Part shown: positions 28,027 to 36,980 of the stretch, in pieces
Numbering within the stretch: the stretch's first letter is position 1
Layout: every line of letters begins with the position of its first letter
DNA from: Microgenomates group bacterium
Lineage (GTDB): Bacteria; Patescibacteriota; Microgenomatia; UBA12405
Direction: 5' to 3'
Assembly (NCBI GenBank): GCA_049303675.1
Contig: JBAQNJ010000001.1
Span: 536,711-600,710 of the forward strand
DNA length: 64,000 bases
Program-made: the position numbers and the translations under genes
The notes under the pieces: model-generated
Told to the model about the DNA's origin: nothing
Seen by the model: the letters and a program-made list of their open reading frames with translations, nothing else
Database searches by the model: none

Positions 28027-29100
28027 ATGTCCAAACTTAGTATCGGTATAGTTGGGTTGCCCAACGTCGGCAAATCCACTTTATTCAACGCCCTTTTAGG
28101 TAAAAAGGTGGCCGATGCCTCAAATTATCCTTTTTGTACCATCGATCCCAACGTCGGCGTAGTCGAAGTCCCCGACGAAAAATTATCTATTCTCGGCGAT
28201 ATTGTCAAAACCCAAAAAATAGTCCCCGCCATCGTCGAGTTCGTCGATATTGCCGGATTAGTCAAAGGTGCCTCCACTGGTGAGGGTCTGGGCAACAAAT
28301 TTTTAACCAACATTCGTGATTGCGATGCCATAATGCATGTCGTCCGTAATTTTCCTGATGAAAACATTATTCGTGAGGGTTCACTCGACCCTCAGGGTGA
28401 TTTTGAAGTCATCTGTACCGAATTGATTATCAAGGATCTAGAATCAGTCGACAAATATCTCAGTTCTTACAAAAATAATCCTAAGGAAAATACCTCCAAA
28501 AAATATCTCTTTGCCGCCAAATTAAAGTCCGAATTAGAAAAGGGGATTCTGACTATCAATATGTCCTTGAGCGATGAGGAGAAATTATTAGCCAAAGAAT
28601 TTTTCTTATTAACCAACAAGCCCTATTTTATTGTCGCCAATGTCGACGAGTCTGTTTACCAAAATTTATCTAGTTTCCAGTTTCCAATTTCCAGTTTCAA
28701 TACTGTCGTCCCAGTCTGTGCCAAAACAGAATTTGATCTATCCGAATTGGATAAAACCGATCAAACAAATTATCTAAAAGAATTAGGTATGGAAAAATCA
28801 GGTCTTGAACGAGTAATCCTCAAAGCCTACGAAACCTTGGGCCTACAGTCATATTACACTGCCGGTCTCAAGGAGACTCGGGCTTGGACCATCCCTACCG
28901 GAGCTACTGCCCCACAGGCTGCAGGTGCAATTCACACCGATTTCGAGCGGGGATTCATTATGGCCGAAATTGTCTCTTATTCAGATTTTGTCGCCAACAA
29001 TGGCATCGAAGGTGCCAAATCAAAGGGTCTTCTTCGCCATGAGGGCCGCGATTACATTATGCACCCCGACGATGTCGTCGAGTTCCGTTTTAATGTATAA
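28027..29100 (+). CDS. ychF: ribosome-binding ATPase YchF
   Basis: 357 aa. The sequence has [17 protein letters not shown] as G1, and the TGS domain ends with the motif [12 protein letters not shown]. Confidence 0.93.
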   Translation: MSKLSIGIVGLPNVGKSTLFNALLGKKVADASNYPFCTIDPNVGVVEVPDEKLSILGDIVKTQKIVPAIVEFVDIAGLVKGASTGEGLGNKFLTNIRDCDAIMHVVRNFPDENIIREGSLDPQGDFEVICTELIIKDLESVDKYLSSYKNNPKENTSKKYLFAAKLKSELEKGILTINMSLSDEEKLLAKEFFLLTNKPYFIVANVDESVYQNLSSFQFPISSFNTVVPVCAKTEFDLSELDKTDQTNYLKELGMEKSGLERVILKAYETLGLQSYYTAGLKETRAWTIPTGATAPQAAGAIHTDFERGFIMAEIVSYSDFVANNGIEGAKSKGLLRHEGRDYIMHPDDVVEFRFNV

Positions 29101-29107
29101 ACCAACC

Positions 29108-29142
29108 AATTCGTAATTAGCAATTCGTAATTTGAAATTGAA
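29108..29142 (+). repeat. degenerate heptamer array (aattcgt aattagc aattcgt aatttga aattgaa) at the miaA start
   Basis: Near-identical to the recA-upstream array. It overlaps the TTG start of miaA. Confidence 0.6.
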
Positions 29143-30043
29143 TAAACTACTAATCCTCTCCGGCCCCACAGCCACAGGGAAAACAGCGCTGGCCATTGAA
29201 ATAGCCCAAAAGTTCGCTGGCGAGTTAATTTCTGCCGATTCTCGTCAAATATATCGAGGTATGGATATTGGCACAGGCAAGGATCACCCCCCGAATATCA
29301 AAATTAATTTAATAGATATTATCAATCCCGATCAAAGTTTTTCTGTAGCGCAATTTAGGCAACTCGCTATTGAAAATATCAACGAAATTCATAGTCAAAA
29401 TAAACTTCCAATTATTGTCGGTGGCACTGGTCAATATATCGATGCCCTCGTCAATCCCCGCCCCACTTTTGCCATCCCTCCCCACAACTTTTTACGCTTT
29501 TTTCTGAATCACCTTCCGCTAAAATTTCTTCAACATACTTTAAAAACTTTGGACTTTAAAACTTTCAACTCACTTAACAATTCCGATCTCCACAACCCCC
29601 ACCGTCTTATAAGAAAAATAGAAATAAGATTATCAAAAAAAAAGATTGCAGATTGTAGTTTGAAGATTGAAGATTATGATATTCTCCATCTTTCTCTCAC
29701 TGCCCCAAACCAATTTCTTTACTCTCGTGTCGACACCCGTGTCCAGTCCCGTCTCGATGCTGGACTATTAGCCGAAATCAAAATGTTATTAAAAAAATAT
29801 AAATGGACTGACCCTGGATTAAACACTCTTGCCTATATGGATTTTAGACCATATTTTGTAGAGACGCCATATATGGCGTCTCTACTCTCTCGTTGTATTG
29901 AATCATGGCGTTTTGCCGAACATGCTTATGTTCGTCGCCAAAAAACATGGTTTAAGAAAATTAATCCGCTTTTTATCGATATCTCCACCGCAGGGTATAA
30001 AAAAAATCTCATGACCAAAATTAATAAATGGTACAATCAGTAA
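29132..30043 (+). CDS. miaA: tRNA dimethylallyltransferase
   Basis: TTG start. The sequence carries LILSGPTATGKT and SADSRQIYRGMDIGT as MiaA motifs. Confidence 0.88.
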   Translation: MKLNKLLILSGPTATGKTALAIEIAQKFAGELISADSRQIYRGMDIGTGKDHPPNIKINLIDIINPDQSFSVAQFRQLAIENINEIHSQNKLPIIVGGTGQYIDALVNPRPTFAIPPHNFLRFFLNHLPLKFLQHTLKTLDFKTFNSLNNSDLHNPHRLIRKIEIRLSKKKIADCSLKIEDYDILHLSLTAPNQFLYSRVDTRVQSRLDAGLLAEIKMLLKKYKWTDPGLNTLAYMDFRPYFVETPYMASLLSRCIESWRFAEHAYVRRQKTWFKKINPLFIDISTAGYKKNLMTKINKWYNQ

Positions 30044-31032
30044 TGAAAGCCCAGCGAATTGAAATATCCACCAAGACAATTGTATTTACCGTTTCCTTTT
30101 TACTCGGGCTTTGGCTGCTGTGGTTTTTGCGCGATATTATTTTACTCATGTTTATTTGTGTGATTTTTATGGAGGTCCTCAATCCTGCTATCAGCACTCT
30201 CCAGAATTTTAAAATCCCTAGGTTTCTCAGCATTATCTTTATCTACACCGTGGTCATTAGCTTTATTAGTTTTATGCTAGCTTGGGTCATTCCTATATTA
30301 GTTAGCGAGACATCTGGACTACTTCGAGTTTTACCAGACTCTCTCCAAAACATAAACATCATGGGGTTTTCCGCCATCGATTTGTCATCTCAATTTAAAA
30401 TTCTTGAGTCAATTCCTGCCAATGTCGCTTGGACAGTAATTTCCTTTTTTTCCAATTTATTTACTGGCTTTCTCATCCTAGTTATCACCTTTTATCTACT
30501 AATTGAGAGAGAAAAATTAGACGACTACACCGCCATGTTTTTTGATTCAAAGGGGCAGGATATAGTCAAAAGTGTTTTCAATAAAGTCGAGAAGAGGCTT
30601 GGTCGCTGGGTCAACGGCGAGCTTATTTTGATGTCCGTGATTGGTATCTTGTCATACTTGGGATATGTTTCAGTTGGTCTAAACTATGCCCTTCCTTTAG
30701 CTATTATAGCTGGATTACTAGAAGTAGTTCCTACTGCTGGACCAATTGCCGCGACAATTCTGGCTGCCCTTGTTGGACTGACCACCTCCCCCTTAACTGC
30801 TTTATTTGCAGTTTTCTGGGGAATTATTGTTCAGCAATTAGAAAACAATTTTATAGTCCCCAAAATCATGAATGCTGCCGTCGGTCTCCACCCCATTATT
30901 ACCATTCTCGTCATTACCATCGGTGCCAAGTTTGCCGGTGTTGGTGGCGCCCTACTTGCCGTGCCTGTTTATATTACTTTTGAGACTATCGTCCGCTCCA
31001 TTTTGGAGTGGAAAAAAAGTGCTTCCAAGTAG
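30028..31032 (+). CDS. AI-2E family transporter (UPF0118/PerM-like)
   Basis: 334 aa, about 8 TM helices, overall AI-2E topology. Confidence 0.75.
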   Translation: MVQSVMKAQRIEISTKTIVFTVSFLLGLWLLWFLRDIILLMFICVIFMEVLNPAISTLQNFKIPRFLSIIFIYTVVISFISFMLAWVIPILVSETSGLLRVLPDSLQNINIMGFSAIDLSSQFKILESIPANVAWTVISFFSNLFTGFLILVITFYLLIEREKLDDYTAMFFDSKGQDIVKSVFNKVEKRLGRWVNGELILMSVIGILSYLGYVSVGLNYALPLAIIAGLLEVVPTAGPIAATILAALVGLTTSPLTALFAVFWGIIVQQLENNFIVPKIMNAAVGLHPIITILVITIGAKFAGVGGALLAVPVYITFETIVRSILEWKKSASK

Positions 31033-31311
31033 CCGATAAGCCGAATTCTGTTTAGGAACCATTTATCTATTCTCTTTACCTGAGACTCTCGAAAGAGAGA
31101 TATTAACGTCTCGACTCAAGATTTCCACCAAAGGGTTGCTCGTTTCATTTCAGGCGCCGGAGCTTCTTGCGAAGGCGACCCCATCTCGTCTCTGTAGCAG
31201 CGCCCCTAGCTTGCGCCAGTGTCTACTTTTTCGACCTTTGTTCTTTCTGTGGTTCGGACTTTCCTGCCGCGATTTTTAAAATCGGGCTTGATTCCTCAAC
31301 TACTTGGAAGC
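31021..31311 (-). ncRNA. rnpB: RNase P RNA (reduced bacterial type)
   Basis: Minus strand carries P4 5' strand AGGAAAGTCCGAAC and P4 3' strand ACAGAATTCGGCTTA with compensatory GAA/TTC changes. A 12-bp P1 (GCTTCCAAGTAG/CTACTTGGAAGC) closes the ends. P3-like hairpin CGATTTTAAAAATCG. Confidence 0.65.
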
Positions 31312-31325
31312 AACTACATTCTACC

Positions 31326-31362
31326 AAAAAAAATCCCCCCGAGCTTGTCGAGGGGGATTTTT
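31326..31362. terminator. bidirectional terminator hairpin
   Basis: AAAAAAAATCCCCCCGAGCTTGTCGAGGGGGATTTTTT lies 3' of the minus-strand small gene and 5' of rnpB. Confidence 0.6.
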
Positions 31363-31372
31363 TAAGTACTTA

Positions 31373-31549
31373 CTACGACAATAAAGCTGCATCTGCAGCG
31401 GATAGTATTTTGAACATTTTAGTTCCGGTCTCTGGATCGACTGCTTCTGCTGCTGGTCTACCGTTCTTCAACATTACTTTTTTAACCTTACTGACATCAA
31501 CCTCGACGGATTTTCGAGATTTTACTGAATAAAATTTTATTACTGGCAT
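31373..31549 (-). CDS. 58-aa basic small protein with strong SD; tentative Sul7d/SH3-like nucleic-acid-binding fold
   Basis: ATG at 31549 preceded by AGGAGGTG (9-nt spacer), TAG at 31373-31375, then a terminator hairpin. Translation MPVIKFYSVKSRKSVEVDVSKVKKVMLKNGRPAAEAVDPETGTKMFKILSAADAALLS. Missed by the ORF track because it is under 60 aa. Confidence 0.6.
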   Translation of the reverse strand: MPVIKFYSVKSRKSVEVDVSKVKKVMLKNGRPAAEAVDPETGTKMFKILSAADAALLS

Positions 31550-31735
31550 TAATCTTCACCTCCTAAATAATTAATAATTAACGGTTATTTTGGAAAAATA
31601 TACGAACAATACCAACCCGACACAGATCAAACTAAGGACAATACTTTTAATCAAATCTTTTTTTAAATAATTTTCTTGATTCATTTGGCTTCAAAGCCAG
31701 TATAGCACAATCAATTTTGTTACAATAACTTAGTT

Positions 31736-32089
31736 ATGTCTAATTTCTATATCTTGATCTTAATTCTTAATTGTATTTGGCTGTCCTACCTTACTTTTTT
31801 AATTTACAAGAAAGTTCTCAAGTCTAGCCAAATTTTTTCTACCCCTCCGTTAGTTGCCGGTCACTTCAAACTCCAGTTAGTTCGTTACAATCCATTTAAC
31901 GATGTTGGTGGTGATCAAAGTTTTATATTATGTTTGTTGGACAAAACAAATTCCGGTGTTATTATTACTTCATTGCATACTCGCGACTCAACTCGTGTTT
32001 ATGCCAAGGCCATCAAAAACGGATCCTGCGACTCCTTGACTTTATCCAAAGAGGAAACCAAGGCCTTAATCAAAACAGTTAACAGTTAA
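31736..32089 (+). CDS. hypothetical membrane-anchored protein
   Basis: 117 aa with an N-terminal TM helix. No known domain. Confidence 0.45.
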   Translation: MSNFYILILILNCIWLSYLTFLIYKKVLKSSQIFSTPPLVAGHFKLQLVRYNPFNDVGGDQSFILCLLDKTNSGVIITSLHTRDSTRVYAKAIKNGSCDSLTLSKEETKALIKTVNS

Positions 32090-32097
32090 TATATGAT

Positions 32098-33357
32098 ATG
32101 AACTCCAAGTTGTGGCCTTATTTTACTTACTTCGGCATATTTTTAGTATTTACTCCGGCTTTTTTCTTATTATTTTCCAAAGTATTACCCGTAAATCTTG
32201 GTGGAGCCAATAATCAAAATCAAGCGACCGATATTTCAGCCACACCTACAAAAATTGGTGTTATAACTTTCAATGGTCCCAAAACAGAGGTTTGTCCTCT
32301 CAACGGTCTCTTGTACACCGCCGAGGAAAAAAAGATTTGGTCTACCCGCCGACCCATGGAAATTATGATTGAAAATCATACCGATTCCCGACCCCAATCA
32401 GGTCTCCAAAACGCTGATATAGTCTATGAGGCAATAGCCGAGGGAGGAATTACCCGATTCATGGGTGTTTTCTATTGCGGAGCCGTTAGTGGTGCTGCCA
32501 TCAAATACGATGTTGGCCCAGTTCGTTCCGCCCGTACTTATTTTCTCGACCTAGCTTCTGAGTATGCCGACTATCCACTCTACGCTCATGTCGGTGGTGC
32601 CAATTGTAGTGCTCCACTCGATCCGGTGACTGGTCGAGCTGCTGGTCCTTGTACCACCAGCAAAAAGGCTTTAGCTATCGAGCAAATCGGCGACTATGGT
32701 TGGAATAATGCCGGTACATGGGGCGATCTTAGCCAGTTTTCATTATCATACAAAGCTTGTCGCCGCGAGGCCGAGCGTACCGGTGAAGTCCGTGATACCG
32801 AACACACGATGTATTGTTCTACTACCGAAATGTGGAACGTGGCTGCCGCACGTGGACTCACCAATTTAACCGCAGTTAAAAAACAAAGCTGGGACAAAAA
32901 CTATCGCGCTTGGTCGTTCAAACAAAAAGATGCACCGGCCGCGACTATCTCGGCACCCAAAATTTCTTTTGGATTTTGGGCCGGCTATGCCGATTACAAT
33001 GTTACCTGGACTTATGATCAAACTAAAAATGAATACACTCGTCAAAACGGTGCCCAGCCCCATATCGATTTCAATACTCAGGAAGTACTTAGCACCAAAA
33101 ACATTGTTATCGAGTTCACCAAAGAATCTCGATCGATTGATATCCATGGTCACAATCTCTATGAGGTAATTGGTTCCGGCAAGGGAATTCTTTTCCAAAA
33201 CGGTGCCAAAGAAGAAATTACCTGGCAGAAGGCCAATCGGCTCTCTCGCACCATCTACAAAGATAGCAAGGGTGCCGAAGTCAATTTTGTCCCTGGCAAA
33301 GTTTGGGTTGAAATTTTACCAATTGGAAACACCGTAAATTATGAAGGTCAGTCATAG
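32098..33357 (+). CDS. DUF3048 (YerB-like) domain protein, membrane anchored
   Basis: 419 aa. RRPMEIMIENHTDSRPQSGLQNADIVYEAIAEGGITRFMGVFY matches the conserved N-terminal block of DUF3048. Confidence 0.75.
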   Translation: MNSKLWPYFTYFGIFLVFTPAFFLLFSKVLPVNLGGANNQNQATDISATPTKIGVITFNGPKTEVCPLNGLLYTAEEKKIWSTRRPMEIMIENHTDSRPQSGLQNADIVYEAIAEGGITRFMGVFYCGAVSGAAIKYDVGPVRSARTYFLDLASEYADYPLYAHVGGANCSAPLDPVTGRAAGPCTTSKKALAIEQIGDYGWNNAGTWGDLSQFSLSYKACRREAERTGEVRDTEHTMYCSTTEMWNVAAARGLTNLTAVKKQSWDKNYRAWSFKQKDAPAATISAPKISFGFWAGYADYNVTWTYDQTKNEYTRQNGAQPHIDFNTQEVLSTKNIVIEFTKESRSIDIHGHNLYEVIGSGKGILFQNGAKEEITWQKANRLSRTIYKDSKGAEVNFVPGKVWVEILPIGNTVNYEGQS

Positions 33358-33931
33358 TTTTGCTCACCTGCTTACTTCCCAAACTAGATTAAAATTAATT
33401 AACATTTTTTTCTATTCACCAGGTAGCCTTTTTTATGTCCGCGAGCTAGTGAGGCTCACCTCAGAGGAAATCAATTCAGTTCGTCGCGAGCTCCAAAATC
33501 TCGAAAAGCATTCATTTATCATTCGCGAAGCCAGAGGCAATCGAGTATACTATTGGTCCAATCCCGCCCACTATCTCTATTACGATCTCATCATTTTGGC
33601 TCATCAGCACTATGGTCTTGGCGCAAAGATTAGGGAAAATCACCTAAAACTAGGTAAAATAAAATATTTATTTTACAGTCAGGAATTTCTATCACATCCA
33701 GTCGACGACAGTCACAATGTTGATCTGGTTTTGGTTGGAGATATCTCTCTCAAGATGGTTGCCGAATATATCAAAAGTGAAGAATTAGTTATCGGCCGTG
33801 AAATCAATTACATGGTCATGTCCCAGTCTGAAATGGATCTCCGGCTTAGCAAGCGTGATCCAGTTATGGTAGACTTCTTTCTTAATTACCCCGCCTTAAT
33901 TATTGGTCGGCCCGAAAATATTTCCAAATAA
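33341..33931 (+). CDS. putative winged-helix DNA-binding protein with uncharacterised C-terminal domain
   Basis: 196 aa. The N-terminal 90 aa look like an ArsR/wHTH fold (LVRLTSEEINSVRRELQNLEKHSFI). Confidence 0.45.
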   Translation: MKVSHSFAHLLTSQTRLKLINIFFYSPGSLFYVRELVRLTSEEINSVRRELQNLEKHSFIIREARGNRVYYWSNPAHYLYYDLIILAHQHYGLGAKIRENHLKLGKIKYLFYSQEFLSHPVDDSHNVDLVLVGDISLKMVAEYIKSEELVIGREINYMVMSQSEMDLRLSKRDPVMVDFFLNYPALIIGRPENISK

Positions 33932-34121
33932 CATGCCTATTTTGCGCAAAATTATTAAAACCGGCAATAGTTTAGCCCTGACTATCCCTACTCTTGCCAT
34001 CAACGATTTTAATCTCAAAGAAGGCGATGTTTGCAGCATCACCATCAATAAAACCCATTCATCTCTGACCTATTTATTTAGTGGACATCCCCGCCAACTT
34101 TCTCTTATTAAAAAATCCTAA
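33932..34121 (+). CDS. AbrB/MazE/SpoVT-family DNA-binding domain protein
   Basis: ATG at 33932, 63 aa. MPILRKIIKTGNSLALTIPTLAINDFNLKEGDV is the looped-hinge-helix (SpoVT/AbrB) signature. No toxin partner is evident. Confidence 0.6.
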
Positions 34122-34122
34122 C

Positions 34123-35466
34123 ATGACTGCCCATACCCGTGCCCAAAATATTTTCTGGACAATTCTTTGCATTTCTTTTCTTTGTCTGATTGTCAATCTG
34201 CCGCCATCTTTTACCATCCTCAACAAAACCTTTTATCGTCCCGATTTTTCGATAAAAATAGGCAATTTTAGTTTCAAAAAAAATCTCGACCTTCGTTACG
34301 GTCTCGACCTAGCCGGTGGTGCCTCGCTGCTCTATGACATTGACACTACCAAGACCACTTCAGAAAATTTGCCCTCCGCCCTCGAATCTCTCAAGAACAA
34401 TATTGAGCGTCGCGTCAATTTATTCGGCATCAGCGAGGCCAATGTCAAGTTAACCAACAATTCCGGCCAAAATCGACTCTCCATCGAGCTCCCTGGTGTT
34501 GCCGATATCAACTCGGCCATCAATTTAATTGGTAAAACCGCCAACCTCAGCTTTCGCGGAGAAGATTCAGCTGTTACTGAGGCAACCACCTCCGCCAGTT
34601 TTATCGACGCTTTCCCGTTTGATACCAAAATTAATGGCTCCCATTTAGTTAGATCCAACGTTCAACTAAATTCCAATACTTCCACTCCCGAAGTTGGACT
34701 AGAATTCAATCCCGAGGGTAGTCGTTTATTTGAAGAAGCCACTCGCAAATATCTCAACAAGAGAATAGCCATCTTCTTAGACGATGTGCCCATTACCTAT
34801 CCCACGGTCCAATCAGTTATTACCGATGGCAAGGCAGTTATCAATGGTCAATTCGACATCAAAACCGCCAAGGAACTCTCCGCCCAACTCAATGCTGGTG
34901 CTCTACCTTTACCGATCACCATTCTCTCTCAGACTACGATCGGTGCTACTCTCGGCAAAGACACTATTCAGAAGGGGATTACCGCTGGACTAATTGGATT
35001 ACTTATCCTCGCTATTTTTATGGTCGGAAACTATGGATACTTGGGATTTATTTCAGTTATTGGACTAATAATTTATGGCCTGATTACCCTTACTCTCTAC
35101 CGTCTAATACCTATTACGCTGACTTTTCCAGGAATTGTCGGTTTCCTCCTCTCTATAGGTATGGCCGTTGACAGCAATATCCTCATTTTTGAGAGATTAA
35201 AAGAAGAAACTCGTGCAGGCAAGCCATGGAATATCGCTATGGAGTTGGGTTTTGGTAAGGCTTGGGACTCCATCAAAGATGCCAATACCTGCACCATCAT
35301 TACCGGACTTATTTTATTCAATCCGTTTAGTTGGAATTTTCTCAATACTTCTGGGATGGTCAGAGGATTTGCCCTCACCCTGATTCTTGGTATTCTTATT
35401 GGGATGTTCACCGGTGTCTTTGTCACCCGTAACTTACTCCGTATTCTTGCTCATAAAAAAAATTAA
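34123..35466 (+). CDS. secD: protein translocase subunit SecD
   Basis: ATG at 34123 within ORF 34081..35466. Periplasmic domain plus six C-terminal TM helices with SecD motifs (GLDLAGG, RIAIFLDD). Confidence 0.9.
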   Translation: MTAHTRAQNIFWTILCISFLCLIVNLPPSFTILNKTFYRPDFSIKIGNFSFKKNLDLRYGLDLAGGASLLYDIDTTKTTSENLPSALESLKNNIERRVNLFGISEANVKLTNNSGQNRLSIELPGVADINSAINLIGKTANLSFRGEDSAVTEATTSASFIDAFPFDTKINGSHLVRSNVQLNSNTSTPEVGLEFNPEGSRLFEEATRKYLNKRIAIFLDDVPITYPTVQSVITDGKAVINGQFDIKTAKELSAQLNAGALPLPITILSQTTIGATLGKDTIQKGITAGLIGLLILAIFMVGNYGYLGFISVIGLIIYGLITLTLYRLIPITLTFPGIVGFLLSIGMAVDSNILIFERLKEETRAGKPWNIAMELGFGKAWDSIKDANTCTIITGLILFNPFSWNFLNTSGMVRGFALTLILGILIGMFTGVFVTRNLLRILAHKKN

Positions 35467-35469
35467 TTA

Positions 35470-35516
35470 TGATACTTAATACTTACTACTTAATACTTAA
35501 TACCTACTACTAACTT
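35470..35516 (+). repeat. tandem tacttaatact-type repeat in the secD-secF spacer
   Basis: Sequence gatacttaatacttactacttaatacttaatacctactactaactt. Confidence 0.45.
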
Positions 35517-36374
35517 ATGAATGTAATGAAATTCCGCCCCCTATTTTATCTTGTTTCCAGTTTCCTGTTACTAGTTTCTGCATTTTCTATTGCCAAATGG
35601 GGATTTCGCCTCTCCTCCGATTTTACCGGCGGCTCGGTCTGGGAAATTCAATTTAACCAAGCACCTGATATCAGTTCAGTCAACCAAGTTTTTGCCGATC
35701 AAAAAATAGACCTTTCCAGCCAACAAATTGACCAAAACAAATTGACTCTCCATTTTTCCCATATCTCCCATCCTCAAAAAGAAGTACTAGACCAGAAAAT
35801 AAAAACCATCGATCCCAAATTCACTGAATTAAAGTTCGAAACTACTGGTCCAATTTTAGGCAAGGAGCTGATGCGCAAGACCATCATCGCTATTATTCTA
35901 TCTTCATTTGCTCTGCTAATTTTTATTGGCTCCAAATTTAGTGACTTTTCCTTTGGTGTTTCCGCAGTATTGGCCATGTTACACGATGCTTTTATTCTAC
36001 TCGGTGCCTTTTCCCTTCTGGGACACTTTTTCGGGGCGCAGCTTGATTCTCTTTTTGTAACGGCACTGTTGACCACACTCTCCGCCTCAGTTCATGACAC
36101 AGTTGTTACCTTTGACCGTATTCGTGAATTACGCCGGAAAAATTTCAAAATAGATTGGGAAAATCTCGCCAATCAGGCAGTTTCTGAGGTTATTGTCCGC
36201 TCTATCAACAATTCTATGACTATTATTTTTATGTTGTTGTCTCTAGTTATGTTGGGTGGAGCTATTACCCGCTGGTTTGCCCTAGCTTTACTTATTGGTG
36301 TAATTTGTGGCACTTATTCTAGTACCGGTGTCGCCATTCCCTTAGTTCTGTTTTTCAAGAAAAATAAAAAATAA
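35517..36374 (+). CDS. secF: protein translocase subunit SecF
   Basis: 285 aa. The SecF N-terminus is DFTGGSVWEIQF, followed by a six-TM C-terminal domain. Confidence 0.9.
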   Translation: MNVMKFRPLFYLVSSFLLLVSAFSIAKWGFRLSSDFTGGSVWEIQFNQAPDISSVNQVFADQKIDLSSQQIDQNKLTLHFSHISHPQKEVLDQKIKTIDPKFTELKFETTGPILGKELMRKTIIAIILSSFALLIFIGSKFSDFSFGVSAVLAMLHDAFILLGAFSLLGHFFGAQLDSLFVTALLTTLSASVHDTVVTFDRIRELRRKNFKIDWENLANQAVSEVIVRSINNSMTIIFMLLSLVMLGGAITRWFALALLIGVICGTYSSTGVAIPLVLFFKKNKK

Positions 36375-36375
36375 T

Positions 36376-36603
36376 TTATTCAATTATTTTTATTATTTTT
36401 CCGTTCAATAAAGTAAATCTCCCCTCTACCATCTCTGCATCCATTACAAAGCTTATACCTGCTTTTTTTACTACTCCCAGTACTCCCTGCCTTTCAACCT
36501 CATCTACGTTAAATACATCAGCTCTTTTTATCCCCACTGTCACCTCATCCATTTTTATTTTTACTACATCACCTTTTGCCTCAACCTGTTTTGCTATTTT
36601 CAT
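36376..36603 (-). CDS. hypothetical small protein
   Basis: 75-aa ORF convergent with secF. No recognised family. Confidence 0.35.
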   Translation of the reverse strand: MKIAKQVEAKGDVVKIKMDEVTVGIKRADVFNVDEVERQGVLGVVKKAGISFVMDAEMVEGRFTLLNGKIIKIIE

Positions 36604-36662
36604 TTCGGCTATTATATCAAATGTACACTTGAAAACACATTGCTATGGAGTAAAATACCCAC

Positions 36663-36980
36663 ATGATAGAAAAAATCCTCGTTCAAATAGAAGGGTTAAT
36701 AAATTCTAAATCAAAACTAGGTACAATTCGTGGCGTCCGATTCGAGGGGGAGGAAATCACCCCAGCATTAGAAACAGTCGCCACCGTTCTTGGAGTCAAT
36801 ATAGCCGAGCCCAAAGTGGACACTGATAATTCCAACTATCACCAAATCAGATCTCGTCTTTATTCGACCGCAGCCCATAGTGATATTATAGTCGAGCTAA
36901 GAAGTGTTGAGGGTAAAAATATAGCCGTCTTTGTCACCAAAACTCCCGTCGCAATTGTACAGAAATTGTTGCAAGGTTAG
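36663..36980 (+). CDS. hypothetical protein
   Basis: 105-aa ORF with no recognised family. Confidence 0.4.
   Translation: MIEKILVQIEGLINSKSKLGTIRGVRFEGEEITPALETVATVLGVNIAEPKVDTDNSNYHQIRSRLYSTAAHSDIIVELRSVEGKNIAVFVTKTPVAIVQKLLQG

Noticed and set aside
31167-31532. 121-aa plus-strand ORF (MRRRPHLVSVAAPLACAS…)
   Set aside because: It overlaps the minus-strand RNase P RNA and the SD-driven 58-aa gene. Its composition is driven by the GC-rich structured RNA, and it has no start context. It is considered spurious.
35470-35516. tacttaatact repeats as a possible tRNA or ncRNA between secD and secF
   Set aside because: It has no cloverleaf or conserved RNA motifs. It is most simply a low-complexity AT-rich spacer, kept only as a repeat feature.
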